From IMG/VR virus record IMGVR_UViG_2880389630_000005: DNA of 64,000 nucleotides; one strand, written 5' to 3'. Positions 43,744 through 54,061 of the stretch are shown here, one piece after another. The DNA is from a virus. Taxonomy: Duplodnaviria > Heunggongvirae > Uroviricota > Caudoviricetes. Within the stretch, counting starts at the first letter, position 1; every line of letters starts with the position of its first letter. The notes below the pieces were generated by a model. It did no database searches. It worked only from the letters and a program-made list of their open reading frames with translations, and had not been told where the DNA came from. Position numbers and translations under genes: made by a program.

Positions 43744-45159
43744 TCAACCTACACCACAAGGAATTGAGTAACTGGAATAGTCGGTTTGCGCAGCCGACTC
43801 CGGGCAATGCATACACATCATCAGCGCATCAGCCAGGTTAGGAGATGGAATACCGAGCTTCTGCTTCATTTCGACCTTAGTCATAAGCTCCAGCTTCCCG
43901 TTGTTATTGAATTTGCGCTGAATCTGCGTCAGTTCTGCAAACAGCTTCTCCAGCATCTTCTCGTCTATCGCTTCTTTGTCGAAACTCAGCATGTCGTCGG
44001 GGTCTGCATACTCACCGTGGGCAACCGCCCGATATGTCAGATACAGCCTGTCAGCCAGCGCGTAATAGAATTGCGCTCGCTTATTGCGGAATACATCGCC
44101 AATAGTGCGAACGTTGTCGCCCTGTACGACTTCATCAGCCCATGCTCCGGCCTGATACGGAGCATCTTCATCGAATGGCGATTCGCTGCCCTTGAACATC
44201 GTGGCGGTGATTTTCTTGCCGGAGAACGCTTCCGCTGTCTGTCTGCGTAGCCCGGCACCAACACCATCACCATCCCACAGGTAATGGTCAGCACCGTCTT
44301 CAATCGCCAGCGAAGTTGCCCAGTCAGCACCTTCATTGATGTCCATCAGCAGACCTTCGGCAATGCGCTTAACAACCGAACCGTGACGCGATGCATAACC
44401 TTTAGCATCCGGCCCTGTATCTGACGGGTCATGCGCAGAGACAACAGCGCCTTTCGCTTTCCATCCGAGTTTCTTGTGCGCATCGGTTGCGGCTTCAAGC
44501 CATTCACGTTTGATGATTGCCATATCACTTGCGCTTACTGGCTCACCAAGCCAGATGTGACGATACAGTGTCGGGTTTCTGCGTTTACACTCTTCCATCT
44601 CCAGACGGAGAACTTCAGGAAAGTGCGGGTTGTCGGTGTAGTTCACCGTCAGCAGACAAATATCATCAGGAGGATTTACGACGAATCGCTGATAGGTATC
44701 GTCGAGGATGTTTTTCGGGTTAAAGCTCACCCATATTTCGGAAAACGGCTTGCGGATGGTTGGTATCAGGATATCCCATGATTCCTTCGTTACCGCTTCC
44801 GCTTCTTCCACCCAGCAGATATCAATGCCTTCGAGCGATTTAATCTTCGTCGGGTTGTTTTTTATGCCGTAGAACATGAATTCAGCATTCGTTCCGAGAT
44901 GACGAATCATTGAACGCTGAATTTCAAACTCAGCCGAATACCCTTCCCGCTCTATGGTGTCTTCAAGCAACCGGATTACCGAATCGCTGATACTGTTTTG
45001 CAGTTCACGAGCGCAGAGAATACGCACAGGCTGCCGACGCGCCGCTTCAACAAGCAGCCTCGCAATTGCCCATGATTTACCGCTACCTCGACCGCCTTTG
45101 GCGACTTTGTAGCGATGCGCCTCAATGAACGGTTCAAAGATAGGATTAATCGAGGTCAT
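43744..45159 (-). CDS. terminase large subunit
   Basis: 471 aa; N-terminal Walker A-like GGRGSGKS; C-terminal nuclease-like region. Confidence 0.85.
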   Translation of the reverse strand: MTSINPIFEPFIEAHRYKVAKGGRGSGKSWAIARLLVEAARRQPVRILCARELQNSISDSVIRLLEDTIEREGYSAEFEIQRSMIRHLGTNAEFMFYGIKNNPTKIKSLEGIDICWVEEAEAVTKESWDILIPTIRKPFSEIWVSFNPKNILDDTYQRFVVNPPDDICLLTVNYTDNPHFPEVLRLEMEECKRRNPTLYRHIWLGEPVSASDMAIIKREWLEAATDAHKKLGWKAKGAVVSAHDPSDTGPDAKGYASRHGSVVKRIAEGLLMDINEGADWATSLAIEDGADHYLWDGDGVGAGLRRQTAEAFSGKKITATMFKGSESPFDEDAPYQAGAWADEVVQGDNVRTIGDVFRNKRAQFYYALADRLYLTYRAVAHGEYADPDDMLSFDKEAIDEKMLEKLFAELTQIQRKFNNNGKLELMTKVEMKQKLGIPSPNLADALMMCMHCPESAAQTDYSSYSIPCGVG

Positions 45160-45596
45160 TTTCCGAATAGAGTGCTCATCGGTGATGTTTCAATCTGGAT
45201 TGCGCCGCCGTCTTTGCCTGTTAGCTCGTGATCAACCTTGTCGCGCCATTTATCCTTCTGTCGGTTCTTAAGCCAGAAGATGGCAGCGGTTGTATCAGGC
45301 GGGTAATACTTCTCAAGCGGAGTTTCGACAATTCTGTTTTCAATAACACGAATATCGATGTCTGGAGCCACGAAGCCCATAGCTCGTTGATAAAGACGAT
45401 CACTAACTTCTGCATCAGCGACGGCCTTACCCTTTTTTATGGACTCCGAAAACTTAGGATAATCAAGCTTCCACTTGTTAATAGTTGACTCACTGACTTC
45501 GAAGAAATCAGCAAGCTCTGCATCGGTGTAGCCCAGCAAGCACAGTTTGCGTGCCTGTTCGGCATACGCCTCTTGATACTTTGTTGGGCGCGCCAT
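45156..45596 (-). CDS. terminase small subunit
   Basis: 146 aa with N-terminal HTH-like segment; stop overlaps terL start. Confidence 0.6.
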   Translation of the reverse strand: MARPTKYQEAYAEQARKLCLLGYTDAELADFFEVSESTINKWKLDYPKFSESIKKGKAVADAEVSDRLYQRAMGFVAPDIDIRVIENRIVETPLEKYYPPDTTAAIFWLKNRQKDKWRDKVDHELTGKDGGAIQIETSPMSTLFGK

Positions 45597-45598
45597 GT

Positions 45599-45841
45599 TT
45601 ATGCTCCGGTAGTAAACAGGTCTAACGCTTCCTTCGATTTACGCACCGCTTCGATTGTACGGGTCGTGATATCTGAATTAGCGCCACCTGACTGGAAGTG
45701 AATTTTGAATAGCTCAAGCTTCAGTTCGTCAGTGCCAATGAACTGAAATGCTTCCTCTGCAGCTGCGTTCTGGTTCATGACCAGTTTGTAAATCTCTAAC
45801 TGGAATTTCTGTTCTTCAGTCATGGGAATAATCTCTGCCAT
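45599..45841 (-). CDS. hypothetical protein
   Basis: 80 aa immediately upstream of terS. Confidence 0.4.
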   Translation of the reverse strand: MAEIIPMTEEQKFQLEIYKLVMNQNAAAEEAFQFIGTDELKLELFKIHFQSGGANSDITTRTIEAVRKSKEALDLFTTGA

Positions 45842-46068
45842 TGTTGGCTCCGTTTATCCGTTAAAAGGGATATCAGTTAAGTTATCCCGTGTAGGGTATA
45901 AGCCATTGTCGAGACCACTCATTGAATGGTCTCTGCAATAACCGATGTCTTTCCATCAGTCCGCCACCACAAAGAATCTTTTTTGCCACAAGGCTGGAGG
46001 TTCATCTTTCAGTGGCTGCCAGTGTTATTTCCCCACTTACTGGCTTGGGTTGTTTCGTGGTACTGCCG

Positions 46069-46611
46069 TTAATTGGTGAGTCCGGGGATTACGGTTTGCC
46101 CGTGCTGTTCAAGGCGTTCAATTCTCGCCAGTAGCTGAGGCTTCTTAATTTTTCCCCAGCGATTAAGCAGGCGGCCTGACATGCTGGCAACATCCTTCTC
46201 TTTCATGTACTCCAGCATTACGGCATTTCTCTCTTCTTCAAATTGACGATGACCAACCTGAAGCATGGCGTACATCCAGTTGAATGCGTTGATGTAAGCA
46301 ATTTTGATCCGCATTGCTTCTTTTTTGGTGTAGGACATAACCAAAAGCATCAACCCATCCTTACGTAGCCGATAGAATTTTTGTGGCTTACCATTCTGTA
46401 ACTCATTGTTTTTATAGCAAACCTCAAAATTGAGTTTTGTATCAAACTCTTCAGGACAAGCAGCGATAGTTCTTTCTACATCACGCACAACGTTGTCATG
46501 TCGCTTACGAAATGCTTTCGCCACCATAAATGAATCGGTGACAGGGTCATTGTTGGTAATAAAAACCAGTTCTTTGAAATCAATGCCGTCAACGATAGTT
46601 GGATAATTCAT
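46069..46611 (-). CDS. Rha-family phage regulatory protein
   Basis: 180 aa; N-terminal VTDSFMVAKAFRKRHDNVVRDV fits the Rha domain pattern. Confidence 0.6.
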   Translation of the reverse strand: MNYPTIVDGIDFKELVFITNNDPVTDSFMVAKAFRKRHDNVVRDVERTIAACPEEFDTKLNFEVCYKNNELQNGKPQKFYRLRKDGLMLLVMSYTKKEAMRIKIAYINAFNWMYAMLQVGHRQFEEERNAVMLEYMKEKDVASMSGRLLNRWGKIKKPQLLARIERLEQHGQTVIPGLTN

Positions 46612-46756
46612 CGGTGATTACCTTTTAGTGATGAACCTTGTCACACAGGATTCCGGCCCACAGAAAGGCACCGATCACCAAACCGGCATCCTCAAGGGTC
46701 ATCCTGAAAGGTTCTGTGTTCATAAATCGCGCGTGTGAAGCGCGTTTACTGCGGAC

Positions 46757-46781
46757 ATAAAAAAGCCCCGCATCGCGAGGC
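46757..46781 (-). terminator. rho-independent terminator downstream of Rz
   Basis: On - strand GCCTCGCGATGCGGGGC followed by TTTTTT. Confidence 0.5.
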
Positions 46782-46813
46782 TCATTAAATGGACTTTGTG
46801 ATTTGCAAAAAAA

Positions 46814-47251
46814 TTATTTCAGGCACTGAGTCCTGATGTATTCCTGCAGGTAGTCAACCTGCGCGGTTATCCTGTCGATTCCACTTCGGAGACGGTAATA
46901 ATTGAGTTCAGCATCTGCTGTAAGTCCTGGACTTTCTCCATCGCCCATGCCGCTGGCTCCGGTCGTTGACTTTGCACAGGTGGCGGCGACTTGCAGGCGC
47001 TTACGCCCAGCAGAAACATCAGCACGGAGACTTTCGATAGTCGCGTTAGCATCAGCAAGCTCCTTTGTGTATCTGGCGTCAAGTTCTGCTACATCACGTT
47101 GACGCTTCTGCATGTCAGCGATTGTGGATGCGGCCTTATCGCGCTGCTCTTTGTAGGCGATGGCGTTATCACGGTAGTGATTAACAGCCCATGACAGGCA
47201 AACGATGATGCAGATAACCAGAGCGGAGATAATCGCGGTTACTCTGCTCAT
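46814..47251 (-). CDS. Rz: i-spanin Rz
   Basis: 145 aa; N-terminal TM ([30 protein letters not shown]) matches lambda Rz. Confidence 0.8.
   Translation of the reverse strand: MSRVTAIISALVICIIVCLSWAVNHYRDNAIAYKEQRDKAASTIADMQKRQRDVAELDARYTKELADANATIESLRADVSAGRKRLQVAATCAKSTTGASGMGDGESPGLTADAELNYYRLRSGIDRITAQVDYLQEYIRTQCLK
46867..47082 (-). CDS. Rz1: o-spanin Rz1 (embedded in Rz, +1 frame)
   Basis: Lipobox LLGVSAC followed by Pro-rich segment; true start probably an internal Met. Confidence 0.6.
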   Translation of the reverse strand: MTPDTQRSLLMLTRLSKVSVLMFLLGVSACKSPPPVQSQRPEPAAWAMEKVQDLQQMLNSIITVSEVESTG

Positions 47252-47724
47252 ACCTCAATCTCTCTTACCGTTCCGCCAGCTTCTTTGAATTTTGCAATCA
47301 GGCTGTCAGCCTTATGCTCGAACTGACCATAACCAGCCCCCGGCAGTGAAGCCCAGATATTGCTGCAACGGTCGATTGCCTGACGGATATCACCGCGATC
47401 AATCATCGGTAAAGCGCCACGTTCCTTAATCTGTTGCAGCGCCACAGCGTCCTGACTTTTCGGAGAGAAGTCTTTCAGACCAAGCTGCTTACGGTAGGCA
47501 TCCCACCAACGGGAAAGAAGCTGGTAGCGTCCGGCGGCTGTTGATTTGAGTTTGGGGTTTAGCGTGACAAGTTTGCGAGGGTGATCTGAGTAATCAGTGA
47601 ATAGCTCTCCGCCTACAATGACGTCATAACCATGATTTCTGGTTTTCTGCCGTCCGTTATCAGTTCCCTCTGACCACGCCAGCATATCGAGGAACGCCTT
47701 ACGTTGATTATTGATTTCCACCAT
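47248..47724 (-). CDS. R: endolysin R (lytic transglycosylase)
   Basis: 158 aa; essentially identical to remembered lambda R ([39 protein letters not shown]...). Confidence 0.9.
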   Translation of the reverse strand: MVEINNQRKAFLDMLAWSEGTDNGRQKTRNHGYDVIVGGELFTDYSDHPRKLVTLNPKLKSTAAGRYQLLSRWWDAYRKQLGLKDFSPKSQDAVALQQIKERGALPMIDRGDIRQAIDRCSNIWASLPGAGYGQFEHKADSLIAKFKEAGGTVREIEV

Positions 47725-48031
47725 CTTCTACTCCGGCTTTTTTAGCAGCGAAGCGTTTGATAAGCGAACCAATCGAGTCAGTACCGATGTAGCCGATGAA
47801 CACGCTCGTTATATAAGCGAGATTGCTACTTAGTCCGGCGAAGTCGAGAAGGTCACGAATGAACCAGGCGATAATGGCGCACATCGTTGCGTCGATTACT
47901 GTTTTTGTAAACGCACCGCCATTATATCTGCCGCGAAGGTACGCCATTGCAAACGCAAGGATTGCCCCGATGCCTTGTTCCTTTGCCGCGAGAATGGCGG
48001 CTAACAGGTCATGTTTTTCTGGCATCTTCAT
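47708..48031 (-). CDS. S: holin S (dual-start S107/S105)
   Basis: 107 aa; [39 protein letters not shown] matches lambda S. Confidence 0.9.
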   Translation of the reverse strand: MKMPEKHDLLAAILAAKEQGIGAILAFAMAYLRGRYNGGAFTKTVIDATMCAIIAWFIRDLLDFAGLSSNLAYITSVFIGYIGTDSIGSLIKRFAAKKAGVEDGGNQ

Positions 48032-48039
48032 GTCTTACC

Positions 48040-48495
48040 CCCCAATAAGGGGATTTGCTCTATTTAATTAGGAATAAGGTCGATTACTGATAGAACAAAT
48101 CCAGGCTACTGTGTTTAGTAATCAGATTTGTTCGTGACCGATATGCACGGGCAAAACGGCAGGAGGTTGTTAGCGCGACCTCCTGCCACCCGCTTTCACG
48201 AAGGTCATGTGTAAAAGGCCGCAGCGTAACTATTACTAATGAATTCAGGACAGACAGTGGCTACGGCTCAGTTTGGGTTGTGCTGTTGCTGGGCGGCGAT
48301 GACGCCTGTACGCATTTGGTGATCCGGTTCTGCTTCCGGTATTCGCTTAATTCAGCACAACGGAAAGAGCACTGGCTAACCAGGCTCGCCGACTCTTCAC
48401 GATTATCGACTCAATGCTCTTACCTGTTGTGCAAATAAAAAAAGCCACCGTTGCAACTTAAGAGTCACTAACGGCAGCTTACCCTCTAATTATGG
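48040..48495 (-). promoter_or_regulatory. late promoter pR' / qut / tR' region between Q and S
   Basis: Noncoding stretch; about 48040-48430 matches remembered lambda sequence upstream of S; hairpin plus T-run near 48436-48470 on - strand. Confidence 0.5.
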
Positions 48496-49014
48496 CTAAA
48501 TGGATAATTGCATGTCAAGGTTTTTAACAGCAATATGCTTAACTTTCTCAACACGTTTACGCATTTTGAAAGCATTTTGCATTGGTTGGTATAAAACAAA
48601 TAATGACGCTTTCAGGATGTCGTCAATTTCGTTTCTACAGGTTGCCAGTGAAGGTTTTCTCCATCCCTCGCCACCACGTCCACACATCTTGCGTGGCTTT
48701 GCAGTCGCGTGATAGTAGGATGCAATTGCTCGCTTAGATGAACCATGAGCGTAGTAGCTGAGGAGGATGCCAAAGGCTTTCTTGTCAATGTACATGACGG
48801 AATCGACGACCTGAGAAATCAACATTCCATCATCATCATTACACATTGGCCTTGTCATGACTCTTCCCGGCTCTACGCTCTCCATGAACTTCGCTATTAC
48901 GCTGCTCATGCGCTTTTCCAGACGACCTGAATAAACCCATGCGCCCCACAGTTCAAGCCAGCCATTCAGCCACTCGTGCTGCTCTTTGGTGAGGTTTAGT
49001 TCTCTTATGCCCAT
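48496..49014 (-). CDS. Q: late antiterminator Q (non-lambda allele)
   Basis: 172 aa just upstream of pR'/lysis cassette; Cys cluster; unlike lambda Q in sequence. Confidence 0.65.
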   Translation of the reverse strand: MGIRELNLTKEQHEWLNGWLELWGAWVYSGRLEKRMSSVIAKFMESVEPGRVMTRPMCNDDDGMLISQVVDSVMYIDKKAFGILLSYYAHGSSKRAIASYYHATAKPRKMCGRGGEGWRKPSLATCRNEIDDILKASLFVLYQPMQNAFKMRKRVEKVKHIAVKNLDMQLSI

Positions 49015-49676
49015 GCGCCTTCTCCCTGTACCTGAATCAATGTGAGGTTTCCGCAGAACACTGCGCCGGTATCGATATACATCTGGTTGGCAAACTTGAG
49101 TGGTTTCACTGCTGGCGTATGACCAAAGATGAACGTGTCCGCGCCTTTGATTTCTTTCACGATCCCGTTTTGTGAGTTGCTGATTCGTTCGCGGTTCCAG
49201 ATTACCTGCTGATGATCAACTGGCTTTCCAAACTCGTATTCGTCACAAGGATAATCGGCGTGGCAGATGACATATTTTTTATCTTTGCTCACCAGTTCGA
49301 TGATTAACGGAAGTTCATCTGCTTTATGGGCAAGAGCTTTAGCCAGAATTTCTTTGTCGTAATCGAGATTAAAGAACCAGCCACCGCCATTAAGTAGCCA
49401 GTGATTGACGTTTCCACGCTCTGATAAGCCATCAATCATCATTTGCTCATGGTTTCCACGTACAGCTCTGAACCAGGGGAATGTGATTAATTCCAGGCAT
49501 TCGACGTTCTCTGTACCGCGATCGACCAAATCGCCAACCGAGATAAGCAGGTCTTTTTTGGTGTCGAATCCTATCGTCTCCAGTTTTTTCATCAGGTTCG
49601 TGTAGCATCCGTGCAGATCGCCAACTACCCAAATATTTCGGTATTTTCTGCCATCAATTTTTTCGTAATAGCGCAT
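49005..49676 (-). CDS. ninI: Ser/Thr protein phosphatase NinI
   Basis: Starts at internal Met (MRYYEKIDG...); GDLHGC, GDLVDRG, GNHE metallophosphatase motifs; matches lambda NinI. Confidence 0.85.
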   Translation of the reverse strand: MRYYEKIDGRKYRNIWVVGDLHGCYTNLMKKLETIGFDTKKDLLISVGDLVDRGTENVECLELITFPWFRAVRGNHEQMMIDGLSERGNVNHWLLNGGGWFFNLDYDKEILAKALAHKADELPLIIELVSKDKKYVICHADYPCDEYEFGKPVDHQQVIWNRERISNSQNGIVKEIKGADTFIFGHTPAVKPLKFANQMYIDTGAVFCGNLTLIQVQGEGAWA

Positions 49677-49860
49677 CTCTTTCACTCCATCCGCGATGAA
49701 CCATGAGAACGTCGTTGACGATGGCGTGCATTTTCCCGTCTTTATCATCAACGTATTTTCTGACCGTACCGCGACTACATTTCAGTCTGCGTGCTACTTC
49801 TGTCTGGTTTCCGTATGCTTCAACGAGCATGTCTGGAATGGTTTTTACTGAGAACGTCAT
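49654..49860 (-). CDS. ninH: NinH
   Basis: 68 aa; identical to remembered lambda NinH. Confidence 0.85.
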   Translation of the reverse strand: MTFSVKTIPDMLVEAYGNQTEVARRLKCSRGTVRKYVDDKDGKMHAIVNDVLMVHRGWSERDALLRKN

Positions 49861-50468
49861 GCGGCCTCACTTCTGCTATTTCGCAGGTCTTTGAGTTTCT
49901 GTTGGTACTCTGCCTTGATCGCCTTGCACTCTTCGATAGTCCAGCGATGGCGGTTATGGTTTGATTCGATTTCGTCTACTGCTTCCTGCCCGATGCGGCT
50001 AATCAGTTCGACGCGATACGGAACGAGATTTCCGCTTTTGTGCTGGTTGCACACCACGCATTGCTTGTGAATATTGCGTTCATCAAATCGGAGTTGAGGT
50101 GCCGCAGCAGTTGTCCGGTAATGTCCGGCATCCCACTGAGCAGACGTGAGCGTTCCGCACGAGATACATGGTAAGTCGCGGTCTCTTTCTCTGATGAAGG
50201 CGTTTACGGCTTGTTGGGCTTGTTTAATCCAGTAACTGCGGGGCTTTAAAGCGAGTTTTCGAATCTTCAGTTTATCTTTCTGTTTCTGTTCCTCTCGTCG
50301 TCGTTTCTTCTCTGCTGCTTTTTCCGCTTTTTCGCGTTCTTTGCTTCGTCGTTCGAGTGCTATCTTTGTTCCACACTCTGGAGAGCACCACCACTGATTA
50401 GCGAATGCAGGGTGAAACCATTCCCGACATTCATCGTTTTTACATCGTCTTCGCGCTGGTTTAGCCAT
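49857..50468 (-). CDS. ninG: recombination endonuclease NinG (Rap)
   Basis: 203 aa; matches remembered lambda NinG. Confidence 0.85.
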   Translation of the reverse strand: MAKPARRRCKNDECREWFHPAFANQWWCSPECGTKIALERRSKEREKAEKAAEKKRRREEQKQKDKLKIRKLALKPRSYWIKQAQQAVNAFIRERDRDLPCISCGTLTSAQWDAGHYRTTAAAPQLRFDERNIHKQCVVCNQHKSGNLVPYRVELISRIGQEAVDEIESNHNRHRWTIEECKAIKAEYQQKLKDLRNSRSEAA

Positions 50469-50853
50469 GACGTCTCCCCCATTTCTCTTGGCATCTCCTC
50501 AACCACACACGCATATTTTGGCTGGTAATATCGGTATGCTCTCCGCTGTATTTCTTTTGTGAGTGTTTGCATCTCACATAAACAAATACGGCAAGCAATG
50601 GATATGCGAATAACAAAATAAATAACAGAGCTGTAGCAACAGATACTTTCACAAAAAATGCAGGCAACTCTCTGACCTGATAGTCTGGAAAATCCAAGAA
50701 TTCATCGATTATGTTGTTAGCAACATTGGTAGTTGCTATACATGCGACTGACAGACAATCAAAATAATTAAAGTCATATCCAGCCGCAGCAGCCCATGTT
50801 GGATTGTCTTGAAAATGTTTAAACGTTATTTGTCCGTATCGGCTAATCACCAT
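50461..50853 (-). CDS. hypothetical membrane protein inserted between ninF and ninG
   Basis: 130 aa with a hydrophobic helix ([28 protein letters not shown]); AT-rich; absent from lambda at this position. Confidence 0.35.
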   Translation of the reverse strand: MVISRYGQITFKHFQDNPTWAAAAGYDFNYFDCLSVACIATTNVANNIIDEFLDFPDYQVRELPAFFVKVSVATALLFILLFAYPLLAVFVYVRCKHSQKKYSGEHTDITSQNMRVWLRRCQEKWGRRHG

Positions 50854-51022
50854 CGTCTTCTTCCTCGTACATTGAGCTATTCGGATCGCTCATCAGTTCT
50901 GCGCAGCAATCGGAGCACACGTGAACTTCCAGCACATGCAGCTTCTGACCGCAGTTAGCGCACGTTAAAGCTCGCTCGACGCTTTCTTTCTGGTATTGGA
51001 GGGATTGGGATGGGCTAAGCAT
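50843..51022 (-). CDS. ninF: NinF
   Basis: 59-aa ORF found by hand translation (below ORF-track cutoff): [36 protein letters not shown]... matches lambda NinF. Confidence 0.7.
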   Translation of the reverse strand: MLSPSQSLQYQKESVERALTCANCGQKLHVLEVHVCSDCCAELMSDPNSSMYEEEDDGD

Positions 51023-51386
51023 TATTGGCGTCCTGAATCATGAGAAAGACAATCATGGCGGCGCGGAGGGGATTTTCATGTATAGCTCGCTTAGATTTAC
51101 AGTAGGCCACACCGCGTGCACCCCACTCGTCTTCATCGAGATTGATAATGCTAATCCTGTATTTTTCAATAATCGGCCATGCGTCTGCTGGGTTTGCGCA
51201 TGGGTTAAAGGATCCGCGCTCAACTTCTACTTCAACTGCGTCTCCGTTTACAATGTCTCCCTCAAATGAGATAAACACCATCGCGCCATTCTCACCTTCT
51301 TTGTAATCCGGTGATCCGTTATGAATGGCTTCGAATACCGCCACGTTAATTTCAAAATCACTTAACTGTGAATAATCCATTGTCAT
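51015..51386 (-). CDS. hypothetical protein (NinX-like position)
   Basis: 123 aa between ninE and ninF, where P22 carries ninX. Confidence 0.4.
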   Translation of the reverse strand: MTMDYSQLSDFEINVAVFEAIHNGSPDYKEGENGAMVFISFEGDIVNGDAVEVEVERGSFNPCANPADAWPIIEKYRISIINLDEDEWGARGVAYCKSKRAIHENPLRAAMIVFLMIQDANNA

Positions 51387-51559
51387 TTCCTAGCACGATG
51401 TCTTAGCCACCGGATATCCCACAGGTGAGCCGTGTAATTGAATGTTTTTACGTCAGATTCTTTTGGGATTGGCTTGCGTTTATTTCTGGAGCGTTTCGTT
51501 GGAAGGTATTTGCAGTTTTCGCAGATGATGTCGGTGAAACTTCGTCGCTGTCGCCTCAT
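51383..51559 (-). CDS. ninE: NinE
   Basis: Starts at internal Met; [53 protein letters not shown] matches lambda NinE. Confidence 0.8.
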   Translation of the reverse strand: MRRQRRSFTDIICENCKYLPTKRSRNKRKPIPKESDVKTFNYTAHLWDIRWLRHRARK

Positions 51560-51996
51560 GCCGCCCTGTCTCCCCATCTCGCTTTCCACTCCAGAGCCAG
51601 TCGCGCTTCGTCTGACCACTTAACGCCACGTTCTGTACCGAATGCCTGTATAAGCTCTAATAGCTCCGCAAATTCGCTTACACGCATCCTGCTGGTTGAC
51701 TGGCCTATTACCACAAAGCCATTCCCGGCAAGGTTAGGAACAACGTCCTGCTGCTTTAATGCTGCGGTAAACACACACTTCCAGCTTTCTGCATCCAGCC
51801 AGCGACCATGCCATTCAACCTGACGAGAGACGTCACCTAAGCAGGCCCATAGCTTCCTGTTTTGGTCTAAGCTGCGGTTGCGTTCCTGAATGGTTACTAC
51901 GATTGGTTTGGTTGGGTCTGGAAGGATTTGCTGTACTGCGTGAATAGCGTTTTGCTGATGTGCTGGAGATCGAATTTCAAAGGTTAGTTTTTTCAT
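51556..51996 (-). CDS. ninB: recombination protein NinB (Orf)
   Basis: Starts at internal Met ([31 protein letters not shown]...); matches lambda NinB. Confidence 0.85.
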   Translation of the reverse strand: MKKLTFEIRSPAHQQNAIHAVQQILPDPTKPIVVTIQERNRSLDQNRKLWACLGDVSRQVEWHGRWLDAESWKCVFTAALKQQDVVPNLAGNGFVVIGQSTSRMRVSEFAELLELIQAFGTERGVKWSDEARLALEWKARWGDRAA

Positions 51997-52073
51997 GACT
52001 TCCCTCTCCCCCAAATAAAAAGGCCTGCGATTACCAGCAGGCCTGTTATTAGCTCAGTGATGTAGATGGTCAT

Positions 52074-53954
52074 TTAATACTCCGTCACGTTTTCCTGTCG
52101 CCACGCCTCGTCATATTCCGATTTCGGCATATTGGCGATGTAGCTATATGGCGATCCTGATTCAAGTTGCAGGAACTGGTGCGATTGCTCGTCAAGGAAC
52201 AACGGGACACCACCTTCCCAACCTTCGCCGTTACGTTGCTTTTCAAGCATCAAAACAGATGCCGGAGATGCCAGTAGCTGTTCGTCCTTCTCTGACATCT
52301 TTTCACCACTCTGAACTCTCTGTAACGCTCTCTCGCGAGCCTTGTTACGCCAGATGATAAAAAGGTTGTCTGTCAGGTCTGTTATCGCTCCAGAGCCTTT
52401 TACGTCCATTTTCCCGGTTGGTTTTTCTTCGCTATCTCCTTTTCTGGAGTGAGTAACGAGAATGACGTGGGAGTTTGTTTTGTTTTTGAAGTCACAAATC
52501 GAGTCAACAAATGCTTTCTGCCCGTTATAGTCATCGTCACCTATGCCGCATTTCATCAGGCTGTCGATGATGAATAACTGGATCCCGTATCGGCGGCGAG
52601 CGTAGTCGAATATTTCGATCAGCCTGTCGGCTTTCGCCGTTCCGGTCAGACCAAACACCCAAAGTCTCTCGTCATAAAATTTAAATGCAGAGTCAATTTC
52701 CAGCACTGGCGGCATCTTGCAGCACGTCGCCTGACGGGTAAGGCGCTTAAGGAGAATACCAGGCTTCAGCTCAAGTGACGCGATGCACGTCTTCACACCC
52801 TGACGCATTGCCTCAAGTGCCATATGCCCGACAACCTCCGTTTTTCCGTGACCGTTCACACCATTGACCAGCGTCAACTCGGCCTCACGGAACTGGAATT
52901 TATCTGCCAGAGATTCCCACGGTGGATTAAACAGATACTGCTGCTTGCCGTAGAAAGCGTTGATAGTGTCCTGGTAAAACTCTCGCGCGCTGTAGAGTTC
53001 TTCAGGATCGAAGTAGGATGCCGTGCCGATGTACTGCCAGATTTCATCCTCGGTAACACCGTTCATCAGGCATTCGTTGATGTCTTTGTACGGCAGAGTA
53101 ACAAGACGGCAACGATGTTCACCGAGTCGGCTTGCGATTTCCCTTGCGGCTTCACGACCAACATCATCAACGTCCATCGAGATGAATATTTCCTCAAACC
53201 TGTCGAGGTTGTGATACTCAAACTCAATCCACTGTTGCTTAGCGCCTTTCCCGCCACCAAACGGCACGGATAACGCCGAGATGCCGTATTGCGCATAGCT
53301 CATACAATCAATTTCGCCTTCGCAAAGTACAACCGCCCTCACGCCAGCGTCCAGAGCCTGCCATCCAAACAGACAAGGTTCGCAATCACCTTCTGCCATA
53401 ATGACTTTCTTCCCGTCCGGTCGCTCAGTGCTGATTCGCTTGACCTGCAACAACTCACCATCGCGTTTGTACGGAAGCACCAGTGCATCAAGTTCTCGTT
53501 CTCCATTCCACACCTTGCCGCTGACAACCTCGTAGCGCTTTACGACTTCTGGCGATATGCCACGCGATTGCAGGTACTCAAGATGGGATTCTGTTCTGGT
53601 AACGTAGCGGGCGATTTTCTTGCGGTCAGGTCTGGAGAATTTCTTCTCACGTTTGGCATCGAAATGGTGATCGTCATCCTTGATTCCGAGAAAGGCTTTC
53701 GCTTCCTGCATAGCCTGATGCAGGTTAATTCCACGACATGCCATCCACAAATCAAGCATGTCACCGCCGTCTCCCTCAGCGAAATCAGCCCATTTTTTCT
53801 TGCCGCTAAGGTTGACCTTAAGGCTGTTTCCCTTGTCACCGTTGACGTTACCGGCAACCCACTCATGCCCCTCTCTCTTGCCGTTTGGCAACAGGTGCGG
53901 AGCCACCCTGTCAACCTGCGCCCAAAGCAGGTCACTGAGTTCACTTGGAGTCAT
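52074..53954 (-). CDS. bifunctional DNA primase/replicative helicase
   Basis: 626 aa; central Toprim-like acidic cluster; C-terminal Walker A GVNGHGKT and RecA-like helicase features. Confidence 0.7.
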   Translation of the reverse strand: MTPSELSDLLWAQVDRVAPHLLPNGKREGHEWVAGNVNGDKGNSLKVNLSGKKKWADFAEGDGGDMLDLWMACRGINLHQAMQEAKAFLGIKDDDHHFDAKREKKFSRPDRKKIARYVTRTESHLEYLQSRGISPEVVKRYEVVSGKVWNGERELDALVLPYKRDGELLQVKRISTERPDGKKVIMAEGDCEPCLFGWQALDAGVRAVVLCEGEIDCMSYAQYGISALSVPFGGGKGAKQQWIEFEYHNLDRFEEIFISMDVDDVGREAAREIASRLGEHRCRLVTLPYKDINECLMNGVTEDEIWQYIGTASYFDPEELYSAREFYQDTINAFYGKQQYLFNPPWESLADKFQFREAELTLVNGVNGHGKTEVVGHMALEAMRQGVKTCIASLELKPGILLKRLTRQATCCKMPPVLEIDSAFKFYDERLWVFGLTGTAKADRLIEIFDYARRRYGIQLFIIDSLMKCGIGDDDYNGQKAFVDSICDFKNKTNSHVILVTHSRKGDSEEKPTGKMDVKGSGAITDLTDNLFIIWRNKARERALQRVQSGEKMSEKDEQLLASPASVLMLEKQRNGEGWEGGVPLFLDEQSHQFLQLESGSPYSYIANMPKSEYDEAWRQENVTEY

Positions 53955-54061
53955 GATTCCCTCAGATTGAGATTTTTAAACCAGAAATCGACAAACGAAA
54001 TACTTAACCAGCCGTGGTTATAACCAGCGACCAGTAGCGATTTGATTTTTGATTTCATGGT

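Noticed and set aside
48040-48495. Possible tRNA genes between Q and S, as in some Stx-type lambdoid phages
   Set aside because: No cloverleaf-compatible sequence or conserved T-loop motif seen; the stretch matches lambda pR'/tR'-type noncoding sequence.
53289-54023. 244-aa ORF on the + strand
   Set aside because: Antisense to the well-supported primase-helicase gene; no RBS or operon context.
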